Sequence record: MN445185.1
Reading direction: 5' to 3' (one strand)
Source: Escherichia phage vB_EcoM_EC001
Length of the DNA: 64,000 nt
Positions 19,301 to 29,552 of the stretch are shown here, piece after piece. The notes under the pieces were generated by a model. That model worked only from the letters and a program-made list of their open reading frames with translations. It did no database searches and was not told where the DNA came from. Position 1 is the first letter of the stretch. Each line of letters begins with the position of its first letter. Both the position numbers and the translations under genes were made by a program.

Positions 19301-21533
19301 TGAGTGCGATGCTACGCATACTCACGAAATAGTTACCGGAGGTAAGCACCGTACGCAACAGGTAGACACGTTCATTACAAACAATCAAATCGTCTGTAGA
19401 AGCGTTTGGAGCCCACGGTGCTGTCGTTACTGTGCCCGCACCATTACCGTTCTTGTAATCACCCAACACCACTTTAACAACACGATGATGTTTTGCATGG
19501 TCAATCGTCCCATCGAAGATGACCAGGTAGTACGCACCGTCACTGCCTAAGCAGATCATTGCATCGGTACCGGTAATCACAATAGCAACCAGATTCACCC
19601 CAGGATACGCCGACATTCCAGCGGGTCGATAGCGTACGGACGTCTGCTGCATATTTTCCAGCGTATTGCTTGGCGACACATCAGCATAGGCGTAATAGAT
19701 AGCCCAGTCACCTGGTGGATTCCCGTTAGAACCGTTACGGAGCGAGTAAACCTTACCAGACTCGTAACGCGCCAAACCTTTCTGCCAGGTTTGGTTTTTG
19801 GTGTACCCTTCGTAGTTCCCCTGGACAGGTATAGGCAAGAAGTTATTGTTGCCGTACGATGATCCGCCAACGGTCCATGCTGGCAACAACGTAGCAATCT
19901 TGTCGTTCAGTGTACCGATTTTCTGTTCGAGCAAGAAACCCTGGCGGGCAGTAACCATCTTATCTGTTGTGGTGTCAATAGCGTCCCACAGTTTAGCCAA
20001 ACCTGTAACAGACGTGGATGCGTACGGCACGTTATCGAGATCGGCAATGGTGTGGGTGTGCGTTGAGAGTGCCTTGCCTGATAGCACGGTGCGCAACGCA
20101 TTAGTAACCGGTTTCTCCAGCGGTCCGGTATTGTTCATCTTCTCAATACCGAAATCCGACGCGGTTAAGGTTAAATGCATTTGCCCGTTTTCGTCTAACA
20201 CAAACCCTTTACCATTGACCGTATACGTGTCGTCCACATATCCGTCGAGTTTGTTCTTCAAGTCAGTAACAGCTTTTTGGGAAATCGCTGTGGACGCCGC
20301 GGCGGACGCCGAAAGGTTAGTAATCGCAAACAAGCCCTGCACAGTTGTGGTTGCTGCAGGCAGCTCCGCATTCATGTAAACTTTGTTTGTTTCTTTACCA
20401 GAGCCGTAAATCTTCAACGTGTCGCTGGATTTGAAGTAGGCGTTTGCTGGAAGTATCTTCACCGAGGTCAAGTACATCTTAACCATATCCGGTGTAACGA
20501 GATACACGCCGTTATACACAGGTGCAAGCACACCCGCATCATAATCGCCCCATTTGTCACCTGCTTTACCCGAGTGAACCCAAAGCGTGTTCAGACCAGC
20601 GCTGAACTCCGTAGCGATACCCGGTTCGTTGTTATCCTGATCAGCTTTTAATACCAGCGGTTTTGTCGAGGTGATAATGAACTTCTCACCTTTCATGCTG
20701 ATAACGTGACCGGATGTTGTTTGGAACGTAATCGCGTCGTTATTCAGAACACGCATACGGCCCAGTAAATCACCCAGGGTATTATCCAGAAGCATGTCAA
20801 CGTGTTTTTGTTGGATGCCGCTGGTAGACATTAACGTCACTAACTCTGCCAGGGTACGTCCAAACGCCTTGGTCGCATCTACGGCCTTGCCGAGTACCGG
20901 GAGTGCGCCAATGTCACCGCAGGTGTAACCATGTGCATTTTTAATCAGATGGTGTTGATACATTTCGTCATCAAACACCTGCTTACCGTTCTGATAAATC
21001 AAATCGGTAACTTCGGCAAATGCCTCATCCAGTTCGTGGGCACGTTCTAAAATGCCCAGTCGGATATCTTCCAGCGCCTTTACAATCTCATCGCGAAGGA
21101 TGGCTTCTTCGAGATCTTTTGGCGGATCGATTGGTGAAATGATCGGCGGATATTTCATCAACTCAGACCAATCGCAGTTACGCGGGTCTTTCATATCCGT
21201 CTTAACCAGATACTTGCCGATTTCAGAAGCAGGGATGCGATACTGTCGACCAACCGACAACAACTCGTATTCTAGCTCTGTGGCGTTCAGCAGCATTATG
21301 CTGCCGTATATTGCATCGTTCTCAGCCTCGGCTAATTCCTGGAAGTAATGTCCTAAGAAATAATCAAGACCTTCTATTAACTTGCGTTTGGTTCCGGTTG
21401 TTTTATCGGTAACGGTTAACGTTAACCCGATGCGATAGAACGGTGCTTCGACGGGAATGACCGTCGAATAACGGTTCGGGTAAGTAGCGGTACTGAGGGT
21501 ACCGTTAAACTGCGCCGCATCTTCTCTCGGCAT
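16350..21533 (-). CDS. Very large virion protein (tail fibre/tailspike-like), about 1727 aa
   Basis: Start at MPREDAAQ with AGGAG upstream; N-terminal domain paralogous to those of 21629..25759, 25772..29485 and 15100..16302. Confidence 0.7.
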   Translation of the reverse strand: MPREDAAQFNGTLSTATYPNRYSTVIPVEAPFYRIGLTLTVTDKTTGTKRKLIEGLDYFLGHYFQELAEAENDAIYGSIMLLNATELEYELLSVGRQYRIPASEIGKYLVKTDMKDPRNCDWSELMKYPPIISPIDPPKDLEEAILRDEIVKALEDIRLGILERAHELDEAFAEVTDLIYQNGKQVFDDEMYQHHLIKNAHGYTCGDIGALPVLGKAVDATKAFGRTLAELVTLMSTSGIQQKHVDMLLDNTLGDLLGRMRVLNNDAITFQTTSGHVISMKGEKFIITSTKPLVLKADQDNNEPGIATEFSAGLNTLWVHSGKAGDKWGDYDAGVLAPVYNGVYLVTPDMVKMYLTSVKILPANAYFKSSDTLKIYGSGKETNKVYMNAELPAATTTVQGLFAITNLSASAAASTAISQKAVTDLKNKLDGYVDDTYTVNGKGFVLDENGQMHLTLTASDFGIEKMNNTGPLEKPVTNALRTVLSGKALSTHTHTIADLDNVPYASTSVTGLAKLWDAIDTTTDKMVTARQGFLLEQKIGTLNDKIATLLPAWTVGGSSYGNNNFLPIPVQGNYEGYTKNQTWQKGLARYESGKVYSLRNGSNGNPPGDWAIYYAYADVSPSNTLENMQQTSVRYRPAGMSAYPGVNLVAIVITGTDAMICLGSDGAYYLVIFDGTIDHAKHHRVVKVVLGDYKNGNGAGTVTTAPWAPNASTDDLIVCNERVYLLRTVLTSGNYFVSMRSIALNELNPGGSNTFVADALTGGILTSGENVYLRQGQKRAPSDALPAPVTQIYADALAKWNNATNFVHGPECNHAIGVDGLNFRVGLTPTVWFASSTGQTISFKQWVSSFVVDCSSMTVTLEGADRFPIVADLTAVRYNGGAEIGIPSRKWGEGQANNQTFATSQDKYIVSQGHASDRDLMPIVTITTLDDGVSWYEYLSCDYNFTARRFSAVTLNQGRGSIYELGMAYPLTLGANSRLIWLSQPRSRLAIEVEFDPNTTYSGKVGYGPTNNRRVVDSTTYENLSQMCHIVTPASPGTELNGWYCTGPETFPYHNVSGTFTIHADRLTLSQAEWNKMKQMIIDGAPAGAANGYASEYILAANNAGKALFSVWFIGIGTATPLTLAQVACTRTVNNVNVLDIYYFTLKPTISNGQVTFPAAILALFDFYNNLDYGLNYATLGEITGGKTRRPGQPTMVSVDGTQFGLYLPHTLTLRLIGDLGALNYAVGLTLSNGTWTRSSAAHGVGRMAPSHTPVSPAYLAHRDQVMLHNSSLDYVYCGGIATSSRDFVAAPNFSGPTESVVIAGVETAEGWLVYVTEEVDLRFGSSTYKLPTWYIDLSAAFPTNHQNRTFYLHAKVENGTPKYVMDVVQHPDTETELYIGYVKTGSSRVVETNVEHAKRLGAVKQLLEHAAVENKHDVEVGRDAATGRLAPLRKEAMGPLSIDATKGYLDSQLLYTVSDAQRRGKPMVSKRFEGLKTLPAFTQANKSGAFWKHPTTIATVTADENGEAASLGMEWVGIPTPAFSPTSGMMIVVIQSKFVVPGTPGVETTFNVNIAPWDTVDRFLYNVEAEGKDVNIDENPEVLMPTPHTVYHKQHSLPAGVPCTFTFAAVLSSPALEMANQHICSWLFTDAGGLPITTDLSDSKIQILPLGGETYGTPVVLNSRSYTFVDVAGAIPVVTTGAQGLFPPPIVAWDGDDLTLTIAHDWVNERGWQQPDIIQVNLMFRT

Positions 21534-21567
21534 TGCAAACACTCCTAATCTGTAATAAAACGGAGAC

Positions 21568-21625
21568 CGCCCTCCCAATAACGGAAGGGCGGTTTACCTA
21601 CGGACTACCCGCCCGTAGGCAGTCC
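21568..21625 (-). terminator. Hairpin region between two large minus-strand genes (possible attenuator)
   Basis: ACCGCCCT...AGGGCGGT stem (21568-21575, 21589-21596) followed on the minus strand by CTCCGTTTTATTAC. Confidence 0.4.
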
Positions 21626-21628
21626 GTC

Positions 21629-24600
21629 CTAAGAGGCCCACTCACCCGAGTTGTTGCCTTCGTTTCTACGTTCAGTATCCAACGTTTGTAAAATCCAATC
21701 CCATGTCCTGGTGGGGATGTGGAATGGATTACGCTTCTCAATGAGAATCGTCTCGCCACCCGTGCGAAGTTCCACCGGTGTCGTTTCAGTAATCACGAAC
21801 ATCGGATTACCACTACTACCCACACCGTTAATAGTGAACTTCGCTTGTAGCGGCGGCACAGAACCTTCCGGAGGCACGAACACGATGTGAATTGGCTGCA
21901 TCGGTTTCGTGCGGGCAAGAGTCCCAGATATCTGAACAGCTGTTGTCGATGCACTGAAAGGTATAACATTACCCGGAATTTTCTCACTACCCACGACGAT
22001 ATATCCAGGGTAGTTAGAGAGCATTGTCCCATTTACCGACACAAAACGCTCAGTTTGAGTTGGGCGATAAGCCCGCATAAAGCCGTACTTCCATTCACCA
22101 CCGTTAGACGTATAGTCTGCAGGAGCCGACTCAAGTAGCGGAGCACCACGTTTCTGCAGCCCTTTATAAAACGGCGCTGGGAGTTTACCGTTCGGTGCAA
22201 GTTCCGGATAACCCTCACTTGCAGCAGACATCGTGATGTATTCCGTAACCGGGTGATCAACGTTATCTCCAAATGACGCAAAAGGTACCGTTGTTACTGT
22301 CATCTCCTCGTGGCCGGAAGACTGTCTATCTGGTGTCCTTTCAATATACGACTCAAACAGTGAACGTAAATAATGGAAACGATTTATATCCACATCTGAG
22401 ATGATCGGCTGCATCAAACCGTGGTTAATAGTCACGTTGTCTCCAGTTTCAATACCGGAAACGTGGATGGCTAGCGCCCCACCTTTAAAGTAATCGATCG
22501 CATCAAACGGAATGTCGTATTCCATTTCGTAAACCTGCACCAGCGGATTGGCTATCAACTTAGAAACCATTGAGATGCGCAGTACCTGCGTATCAACAAT
22601 GTATCGATAACGTACAAGCCAACGATCTCCAAGCGGCGCAAGCTCACTATCGGTATGAACCGAAAGAAAATCTAAACACTCGGTAGATTGGCTCGTCAGG
22701 TTTTTAATTACCCTCGGATTTTCAAGCACCTTATTTGTAACACTGCCCTGCGTGGTCGAGATGATGCCTCCAGTTGCTTGGTTATAAGGAGACGTGATGA
22801 AGCCACAATTCAATTCTGGACGATTGCCACTCCATCTCAGTACCCTAGTCTTGCTTTTATCATCTGCAGACGGGGCCATGAAGTTTAATGTGATATCGCG
22901 ATCGCGAACAGTTTGCGCTTCCGACAAATCAACATCGACCACCACAGAACCTTCAAACGTCGCCATCCCTTTTTCTTTCGGGTTGCTTGGTGTAAACCAG
23001 CAGTACGGTGATGCGCTTTCTGTGGAGACAACCGCTCCAACAAACACTAGGCTTGAAATGGTGCTATCAAATTTATAATCGAATAACCCTCGGTCTAATC
23101 GAATATAGTGGTTACCAGAAACTGGACTATTAGGGTACGCATAAAGCCACTGTTTAGGCAACGGATCGACTTTGTTTAGCGGTAACATTTTTGGGTTATC
23201 CGTCAACGACCAGTCGGCATTACTCACTCCGTGTGCCAGACGTGTTTCGAAGTGCCGTTTAAGTTCGGACGCCATGCCAAAATCAAACGTCGTTTCAAAC
23301 TCGTAAGTCGTACCTGCAACCAATCCCGTCTCTGGTACATCAATATGTCCGATATAGCCGCGTTCCAAGTTAATACCTTCCGTGTCCACAATAGGTTCGG
23401 CGCGCGAATATAACGCATCGGTTATCATGTTCACATAGAGGTAATGCCTTAAACCATTCGGCGTCTTAACAAACTCCTGCAGGCGGGCAACTTTGGTGTT
23501 TTTATCCGAGGCCCCAACCGCAAAGTCACCGTCGTAAATTGTGAAACGAATTGCGGCTGCTTTAGCGCTATCGTTACACTCGGCACGGAATGCTAAGCAG
23601 TGTTGCTTCCACCCCTCCTTGACAGTCGCCTCCAGATACCCCGCTTCTGTAATACCCGCACCGATAATTTCACCGTCCAGATAAACAGAAACAGCACCAC
23701 CGCCACGAACCCAAATCCGCAGCTTACCAGAGTCGCAACGAACCCACGTTTTCGCCAAGAGGTTAACGACTGACAAATCACCCATTCCGGTTGTCGTTAA
23801 ACCAATCTGCGCACCGTAGTTCGTTTCCGGGACGGCAACCTCAAACCCACTAAAATCAATACCGGCACCGGTATTAATTACCGCGTTCTGCCACGTTCTT
23901 TCCATACGGTTATCTGGAGAGAACCACTGGAACATCGGTGTGGTTTGCAGGTCTATCGAACCAGATACCGTCCCCTCTTTACGTGCGCCATTTAACAGAT
24001 AGAAATAATTCAAATCCGTTATGGCGAGTGTGGTACGTGCTGACCCCACAGTCCAAGTCTTACCACGCACAGCGGCAAAATCGGTCACGGAATCCTCTTT
24101 CGCGTTTGCTAGCGCAGCTGCAACTACGTCTAAACGTTTTGACAAATCGTTCAGAACGTTCGGGGTAACGCCGCGATTACCCGACAAGCCGTTTAGGTTG
24201 GTAGAATATCGAGCGATACCGGGAACTGTTTGAGAAGCCGTTGGGATCTGTAAATCGGCGAAGTTGTGATGATGGCCTTTATCGCTAAGACCGGTAACTG
24301 CTTCTGCCAACGCATCAGAAAGTGGTTTATCGACGTCAGCTGTGTTATCAGCCAAGTCCAGACCCAAATCCTTTTTCGTTAGCGTTCGGCTACCAGTGTC
24401 CATCGGCTGGTTATTCAGCAGCGTTGTCTTCCTGACGTACGAAGACAGATCACCCTCGTACGGTAAGAGCGAAGCTGGGGTGGCTGCTTGTCCTTTGACT
24501 ACATCGCTCGGCTTATCAGTCAGCGTCACAACGCCGGGTTCAGAGGTCGTGGCGGGTTTGGCTGTAACCTTCCCGGTGACGGGATCGGCTTTTGACCCTT

Positions 24601-25759
24601 TGCCCGTGAAAGTAATACCGTTCACCCCGCTAATGTACAGTTTGTTGTCATCCGGGTCAACGGTACCGCCGCCGGTACCAGGGTCTTGTTGATAGCCCAT
24701 GAGAGCGGTGGTGGTCAGCAACGTTGTTCCGTTAAGTGTCAGCTTATCCATCCCCAAGGCACTGCCGGTTGACTCAATACGTAACGTATTGATGCCTGCT
24801 TTCCACTCCATAAACCGGACGGTTCCAGTAGTGTCAGCATACCCACACGCCAGCACGACAGAGCCATTAGATTTAAGAGTGAATGCCTCAGCAGAGAACA
24901 CAATTTCGGATTCGCCAGCAGGAGAACGGAACAGGGCACGAGTACCAGATATCGTCGCGTTAAACACCCCTTTGGATTCTTTCGATACCCATTTAGAAAT
25001 GTACTTGTCGATATCCGATTGTTGCAGGCCCAGTGCACGGACCTCGCTGGTTAATTGACGCAACGTCTTTCCATACGCCAGGAAAGTATCTGGCGTTTTC
25101 AGGTTGACAGGATGCGCCCCGGCCTGCGCCGCGGTAGTCCCATGAGGGTTAGTGGACGCAATGTGTCCGGGGTAGTTAAATGTGGCGATTTCAGTTCCTA
25201 AGCCCAGAACCGTATCTTTCAGCTCGGTAAGCTTTTCACGAATCTGCTCGTTGGCCGCCCCGGCATCTAACTCCACATCATGCACTGCAGAGGCAACATA
25301 CTTTTTATTCAGCATGTCTGACCAAGCTACCGCTGCGGGGGTGGCTGGGTACAGGGAAGGTCGATTACCTAAAAGCAGCCAATCTGCAGCCGTTGGATTG
25401 TTGAGAGCCTTAATTAACTCATCCAACATCTCAATCAGACCACTGTAAAACGTACCCCCGAGCATCTGGCCTTCAAAGACCACTGCACCACGCAGTTTAG
25501 GGTTAATAAGATGCACCCCACAGAACACCGGGGTCGTCACCGAGTCGTCCAACGGCGTTAAAGCATACTCCAGCTCATAGTCCGTCCCGCGGGTAAGCGG
25601 TATGGTCGAGCCGGCGAGCATTACCACCAATCCTTCGAAAAATGGGCGATGATCTAGCATCACCACCCGATCGTTAGGATTGTCGGAGTCGATGATACGT
25701 TCCTCGATGAAGTGACACTCGGGATTTACACCCCGAGGATCGTAAGGATACGTTTTCAT
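21629..25759 (-). CDS. Very large virion protein (tail fibre/tailspike-like), 1376 aa
   Basis: RBS AAGGAG; N-terminal LTRGTDYELEYALTP shared domain. Confidence 0.7.
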   Translation of the reverse strand: MKTYPYDPRGVNPECHFIEERIIDSDNPNDRVVMLDHRPFFEGLVVMLAGSTIPLTRGTDYELEYALTPLDDSVTTPVFCGVHLINPKLRGAVVFEGQMLGGTFYSGLIEMLDELIKALNNPTAADWLLLGNRPSLYPATPAAVAWSDMLNKKYVASAVHDVELDAGAANEQIREKLTELKDTVLGLGTEIATFNYPGHIASTNPHGTTAAQAGAHPVNLKTPDTFLAYGKTLRQLTSEVRALGLQQSDIDKYISKWVSKESKGVFNATISGTRALFRSPAGESEIVFSAEAFTLKSNGSVVLACGYADTTGTVRFMEWKAGINTLRIESTGSALGMDKLTLNGTTLLTTTALMGYQQDPGTGGGTVDPDDNKLYISGVNGITFTGKGSKADPVTGKVTAKPATTSEPGVVTLTDKPSDVVKGQAATPASLLPYEGDLSSYVRKTTLLNNQPMDTGSRTLTKKDLGLDLADNTADVDKPLSDALAEAVTGLSDKGHHHNFADLQIPTASQTVPGIARYSTNLNGLSGNRGVTPNVLNDLSKRLDVVAAALANAKEDSVTDFAAVRGKTWTVGSARTTLAITDLNYFYLLNGARKEGTVSGSIDLQTTPMFQWFSPDNRMERTWQNAVINTGAGIDFSGFEVAVPETNYGAQIGLTTTGMGDLSVVNLLAKTWVRCDSGKLRIWVRGGGAVSVYLDGEIIGAGITEAGYLEATVKEGWKQHCLAFRAECNDSAKAAAIRFTIYDGDFAVGASDKNTKVARLQEFVKTPNGLRHYLYVNMITDALYSRAEPIVDTEGINLERGYIGHIDVPETGLVAGTTYEFETTFDFGMASELKRHFETRLAHGVSNADWSLTDNPKMLPLNKVDPLPKQWLYAYPNSPVSGNHYIRLDRGLFDYKFDSTISSLVFVGAVVSTESASPYCWFTPSNPKEKGMATFEGSVVVDVDLSEAQTVRDRDITLNFMAPSADDKSKTRVLRWSGNRPELNCGFITSPYNQATGGIISTTQGSVTNKVLENPRVIKNLTSQSTECLDFLSVHTDSELAPLGDRWLVRYRYIVDTQVLRISMVSKLIANPLVQVYEMEYDIPFDAIDYFKGGALAIHVSGIETGDNVTINHGLMQPIISDVDINRFHYLRSLFESYIERTPDRQSSGHEEMTVTTVPFASFGDNVDHPVTEYITMSAASEGYPELAPNGKLPAPFYKGLQKRGAPLLESAPADYTSNGGEWKYGFMRAYRPTQTERFVSVNGTMLSNYPGYIVVGSEKIPGNVIPFSASTTAVQISGTLARTKPMQPIHIVFVPPEGSVPPLQAKFTINGVGSSGNPMFVITETTPVELRTGGETILIEKRNPFHIPTRTWDWILQTLDTERRNEGNNSGEWAS

Positions 25760-25771
25760 TCAAAAATCTCC

Positions 25772-28700
25772 TTAATCACGAATAATAAGTGTTCGACCTG
25801 ACGTGTTTTGCGGATTGAACGTCATCATCTTGGATGGGTGTGTCGCCAGCGGAATTTTACCTGTATCCACTGGTCGGAACGAACTGTATGAATAGTTGCA
25901 CATCGCGCTGTTCATCTCATTAATCGTTGAACCTGCTTCCACCACGCCAGTAAAGAATCTTGCGCGGTTTAAGCCGGAATAGTTAATCGCATAGTCAAGG
26001 AACGTGGCGTAATAACGATTCTTTATCGGCATCGTGTTCAGGTTAGCGTAAGTCAAACGCGCTTCTGTGTCGGAACTAAACAAACCACCCGCGCCGTGAT
26101 AAATCGGCGTACTCGGATCGGTAATCAGTTTCGTCAAGTCGATATAATCAGGACGGAGACGGGTAGACAAATCCTCAGTCCACGACTCGCCGGTCGACTG
26201 CAAGGTGTATCTCAGCGTCTTTGTTGTCGCGGTTAGCGTCAGCTCAAAGTTGATCGTTTTGGAATCGATGTTAATCGTTCCCTCGAACGAAATACCGTCC
26301 GCTGTTCGCGTGTGGCTGAAACGCACCGACGGATTAAGTGCCGTCCAGTCATGGCCGGAACCAGTAACACCATTCAAGCCAATAACAACCTGCGCAGCAC
26401 GTCCGTAGTTAACCGCGATTCCCGCATACGTGCTCACGCCGCCTGGAGTGGTAATACGCCCTGCGGTGCGTGCGACGAGTACAGAAATACGGTGCATGAA
26501 CGTGGCCGAGTGATGGCAACACCCAATTACCGTTTCTAGCACACTGTCCGCTGTTGCGGTTAAAGGTGTCCACGTTGCGGTAATGCCGTTATTCTGGAAC
26601 ATCGGGAATGTGTTGTGGACAAAACGATAATCGGTTACAGATAAACTGGTTGTTTTAAACGTCCATTTATCAGCAGCCGGATCGTAGTCCGCTTTCAACA
26701 TAGGCGTATAGCTGCTAGCCTGCGCGTAACGCCAATCAGCATCTATACGTTTTGTACCCGGTGCGCCCGTGGACCACACAGGCCCGCCTGTACCGTAAGT
26801 AAATCCGAATTCAGCTTGCGTCATGCTCCGTCGAATATGGGCGTTATCATCCTCGATATGCTCGCCTAATTCACGAAACTCACCTAAACGCGTCACGTTG
26901 CGGATTTCTACAAAAACCACACCGGTTTCACTGGTGATGATGGAACCTATTTTGGTCATCGTCTCAGTTTCTGCCGTGTTTGGATTTTCGTAGATAATGT
27001 ACTTGCCATCATCGCCCGCCGCGTCAACATACACGCCAAACTCAGCATCTTCGTGCGTCGCTGGGAATAGCTCCGCCAAGTTAAATGTGGAGAGAGGTAC
27101 TTTGTACTCGCGACCAACGAAATAATCGTTCGCTTTAATAGTAACCATCCAGTCGGTGTAAGTGATGCCGTTTTCAATGATATCCGTGCCGGGTAAACCG
27201 TAACGAATAATGTTGATTGAAGCACCAGAGTCGACTGTCTTCGCAACCTTCTCTATCTCTGTGATAGCGTCCGCCTGTCGGATGACCACACCGCCGTCTA
27301 ATGCCAGCGTGGCATCGTCAACCACGGTGCCGAACTGTACTAAACCGAACTCCGTCGTTGTTGCACGCTTAATCCCGAACGCAGCAGAAGTGTGTTTGTG
27401 ACCGACGACTGCATACTTGTCCAGCTCAGCTTGTTGGAGCGGGGAAATCGGCAATTGCACATCTGGGATGTTCTGTACGTTCGATAAGCCGAAGTTAGTT
27501 TTATCGATGTAAATAGAACTCGTCAGTGGCATGTCGTTGATGTACGATTTAACGGCAACCAACTTGCCCGTAAACTGCTGATCCAATTTCTTGATGAGTG
27601 CCGGCGTTGCGGCCAAGTCCTCACGATCACCGAATTCAGTAGCCAACAAACGGACAGCCATCAGGCCAAGGTCGTCGGACTCCGGTGGAACAAAAGTACA
27701 AATGAACGGAACAGACTGAATACCGTTACCGTTAATAGTTACAGTAGCTGTGGATGTTCCGTAAAACAGTCCATCACCACCTGACTCGTTACCCGGCAAA
27801 TACGGCCCGACCGTAGTAGGGTCCAACAGTTTCTTACCGTTGAACTCCAATCCACGGGAATCCGGATAAAGGATGAGTTGGTTAGCACCGCCTTGCCATG
27901 TGATCGGGTTGTTCCCGGCGTTAACGGTTTGCGAATCGCGTCCAATAAAACGGATAACCCTCGGGTCAACCGTGAATTGTGCACCCACGCCTTCAGACTC
28001 ATCGGTACCCACTGCCGACGTTATCGAAGTCAGGCCAGGCTTCATACCGAACGTGCCGTTGATAGACTGTGCAGCCGCCGGTAAACGTAAAAGCTTATTC
28101 GCCAGCGTTGACAGTTTCGGCAACAGATTGTTAACGTAATCTGTCAGCTGCGGTTGCGTTTTTCCGTATACCAGTGTCGCGTCCGAAGCAATACCGTTAT
28201 TCTCCAAAGCACGGATTGCGCCCCACGAATCGCGATGTGGGTTATCCTTGCGCGGCACGTGCGCATGTGCCGGCGCATCACGGTACAGTTTATCGACAAT
28301 CTGGTGATATTTTACCAGCAGCTGGTACACGTCATTGTTAACGTCAGGTGCCGGTGCGCCTGGTAATGAACGAATCTGGACGTAATCGTTCTCACCTGCC
28401 CACCAGTTTAGGTTGACGCCCGATTTAAACTTCAACCATTTTGCGACATCAGTTTTCTGATACCCTGGTGCAAATTCGCTCGGTGGGTTGTCAACGTTAA
28501 AGCTGTAGTTAACGGTTTGCTTACTTGTTTTAACGATAATGTCGTAAACGCCGTTACCTTCGCGTCTGACCACGCTAAGCTCAATATCACCCGCCAACTC
28601 GGTATCGGTCAGGCCAGTCGTCAACGTATAGCTGTAATTAGACGAACCAGAACCAATCGCCGTCGTTAAGGTAAGATAAATCGCGCGTTGCTTCAACTGA

Positions 28701-29485
28701 AGACGCAGGATACTTGTCCCACCGTTTGCGTAACAGAGCATCCAATCGATCAACTCGCCTGGGTTTAACGTTGTTTCCGGTGGAATGCTCGGTAAACGGT
28801 ATTTTACCGCTAACGAATACGCATCGAATGTCGTATTCTGGTAAGATAACGAATAACGACGACGTGACGCGTTATACGTGTAGCCGCCAGTACCGTCGTA
28901 CGTCGCATACTGCTCGGATGTGATAAGCGTGACGCCGGCGCGATATTGAAGGTCTAACGTGTTACGAGCAATCGGGTCAACGCGACTGATCGCTTCACCG
29001 AGCTTAGCACCAACCGCAACAATGGCTTCCATCAACTCAGATTCGCCACGCCAGTTTTCCCAATCGAACTTAATATCGACCGGTGGGAAATATAAATCCC
29101 CAATGACATTATCCCATTGGCAGTCTACGGGATAGCGATCTTTATTCGCTTCTCGTTCTGCGGCGATCATTTCTGCAGTGGCTTCACCGATACCAATTGC
29201 ATGGTAATCGAGTGTAAAGCCACTCTGATATTTCGGGTTGGTAATCCACACGCCGCCGTGACAAACATGGCCAGTGCGTGCCATGCCCGTAACGTACGCA
29301 TGGGTGATGACGTAATCATCACCTAATGTTAATTTCTTGCCGCCACTCTTGACCACCAGGGATGTGGTATAAAAGGGGGCGTGTGCGGGGAACAGCATCC
29401 GGTACTTAGTACCGATCGGCGTTACCGCTTCACCGGTCTGCATATTCCCCGGTTCTTGATAGTGCGGGTCAGGGACGACAGCCAT
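25772..29485 (-). CDS. Very large virion protein (tail fibre/tailspike-like), 1237 aa
   Basis: RBS AAGGAG; first gene of the minus-strand operon; shared N-terminal domain (PFYTTSLVV...LGDDYVITHAY). Confidence 0.7.
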   Translation of the reverse strand: MAVVPDPHYQEPGNMQTGEAVTPIGTKYRMLFPAHAPFYTTSLVVKSGGKKLTLGDDYVITHAYVTGMARTGHVCHGGVWITNPKYQSGFTLDYHAIGIGEATAEMIAAEREANKDRYPVDCQWDNVIGDLYFPPVDIKFDWENWRGESELMEAIVAVGAKLGEAISRVDPIARNTLDLQYRAGVTLITSEQYATYDGTGGYTYNASRRRYSLSYQNTTFDAYSLAVKYRLPSIPPETTLNPGELIDWMLCYANGGTSILRLQLKQRAIYLTLTTAIGSGSSNYSYTLTTGLTDTELAGDIELSVVRREGNGVYDIIVKTSKQTVNYSFNVDNPPSEFAPGYQKTDVAKWLKFKSGVNLNWWAGENDYVQIRSLPGAPAPDVNNDVYQLLVKYHQIVDKLYRDAPAHAHVPRKDNPHRDSWGAIRALENNGIASDATLVYGKTQPQLTDYVNNLLPKLSTLANKLLRLPAAAQSINGTFGMKPGLTSITSAVGTDESEGVGAQFTVDPRVIRFIGRDSQTVNAGNNPITWQGGANQLILYPDSRGLEFNGKKLLDPTTVGPYLPGNESGGDGLFYGTSTATVTINGNGIQSVPFICTFVPPESDDLGLMAVRLLATEFGDREDLAATPALIKKLDQQFTGKLVAVKSYINDMPLTSSIYIDKTNFGLSNVQNIPDVQLPISPLQQAELDKYAVVGHKHTSAAFGIKRATTTEFGLVQFGTVVDDATLALDGGVVIRQADAITEIEKVAKTVDSGASINIIRYGLPGTDIIENGITYTDWMVTIKANDYFVGREYKVPLSTFNLAELFPATHEDAEFGVYVDAAGDDGKYIIYENPNTAETETMTKIGSIITSETGVVFVEIRNVTRLGEFRELGEHIEDDNAHIRRSMTQAEFGFTYGTGGPVWSTGAPGTKRIDADWRYAQASSYTPMLKADYDPAADKWTFKTTSLSVTDYRFVHNTFPMFQNNGITATWTPLTATADSVLETVIGCCHHSATFMHRISVLVARTAGRITTPGGVSTYAGIAVNYGRAAQVVIGLNGVTGSGHDWTALNPSVRFSHTRTADGISFEGTINIDSKTINFELTLTATTKTLRYTLQSTGESWTEDLSTRLRPDYIDLTKLITDPSTPIYHGAGGLFSSDTEARLTYANLNTMPIKNRYYATFLDYAINYSGLNRARFFTGVVEAGSTINEMNSAMCNYSYSSFRPVDTGKIPLATHPSKMMTFNPQNTSGRTLIIRD

Positions 29486-29552
29486 TTTACACTCCTTTTC
29501 TCTGAGGGCGTCGAGTTCATACTATGACCCGAATCCTTAGAGGAAACAGCCA

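Noticed and set aside
16870-29326. Numerous 60-220 aa ORFs on the plus strand inside the three large minus-strand genes (for example 17052..17723, 19846..20379, 24342..25058)
   Set aside because: They are fully nested antisense to long, well-supported genes and lack RBSs; they are typical spurious antisense frames.
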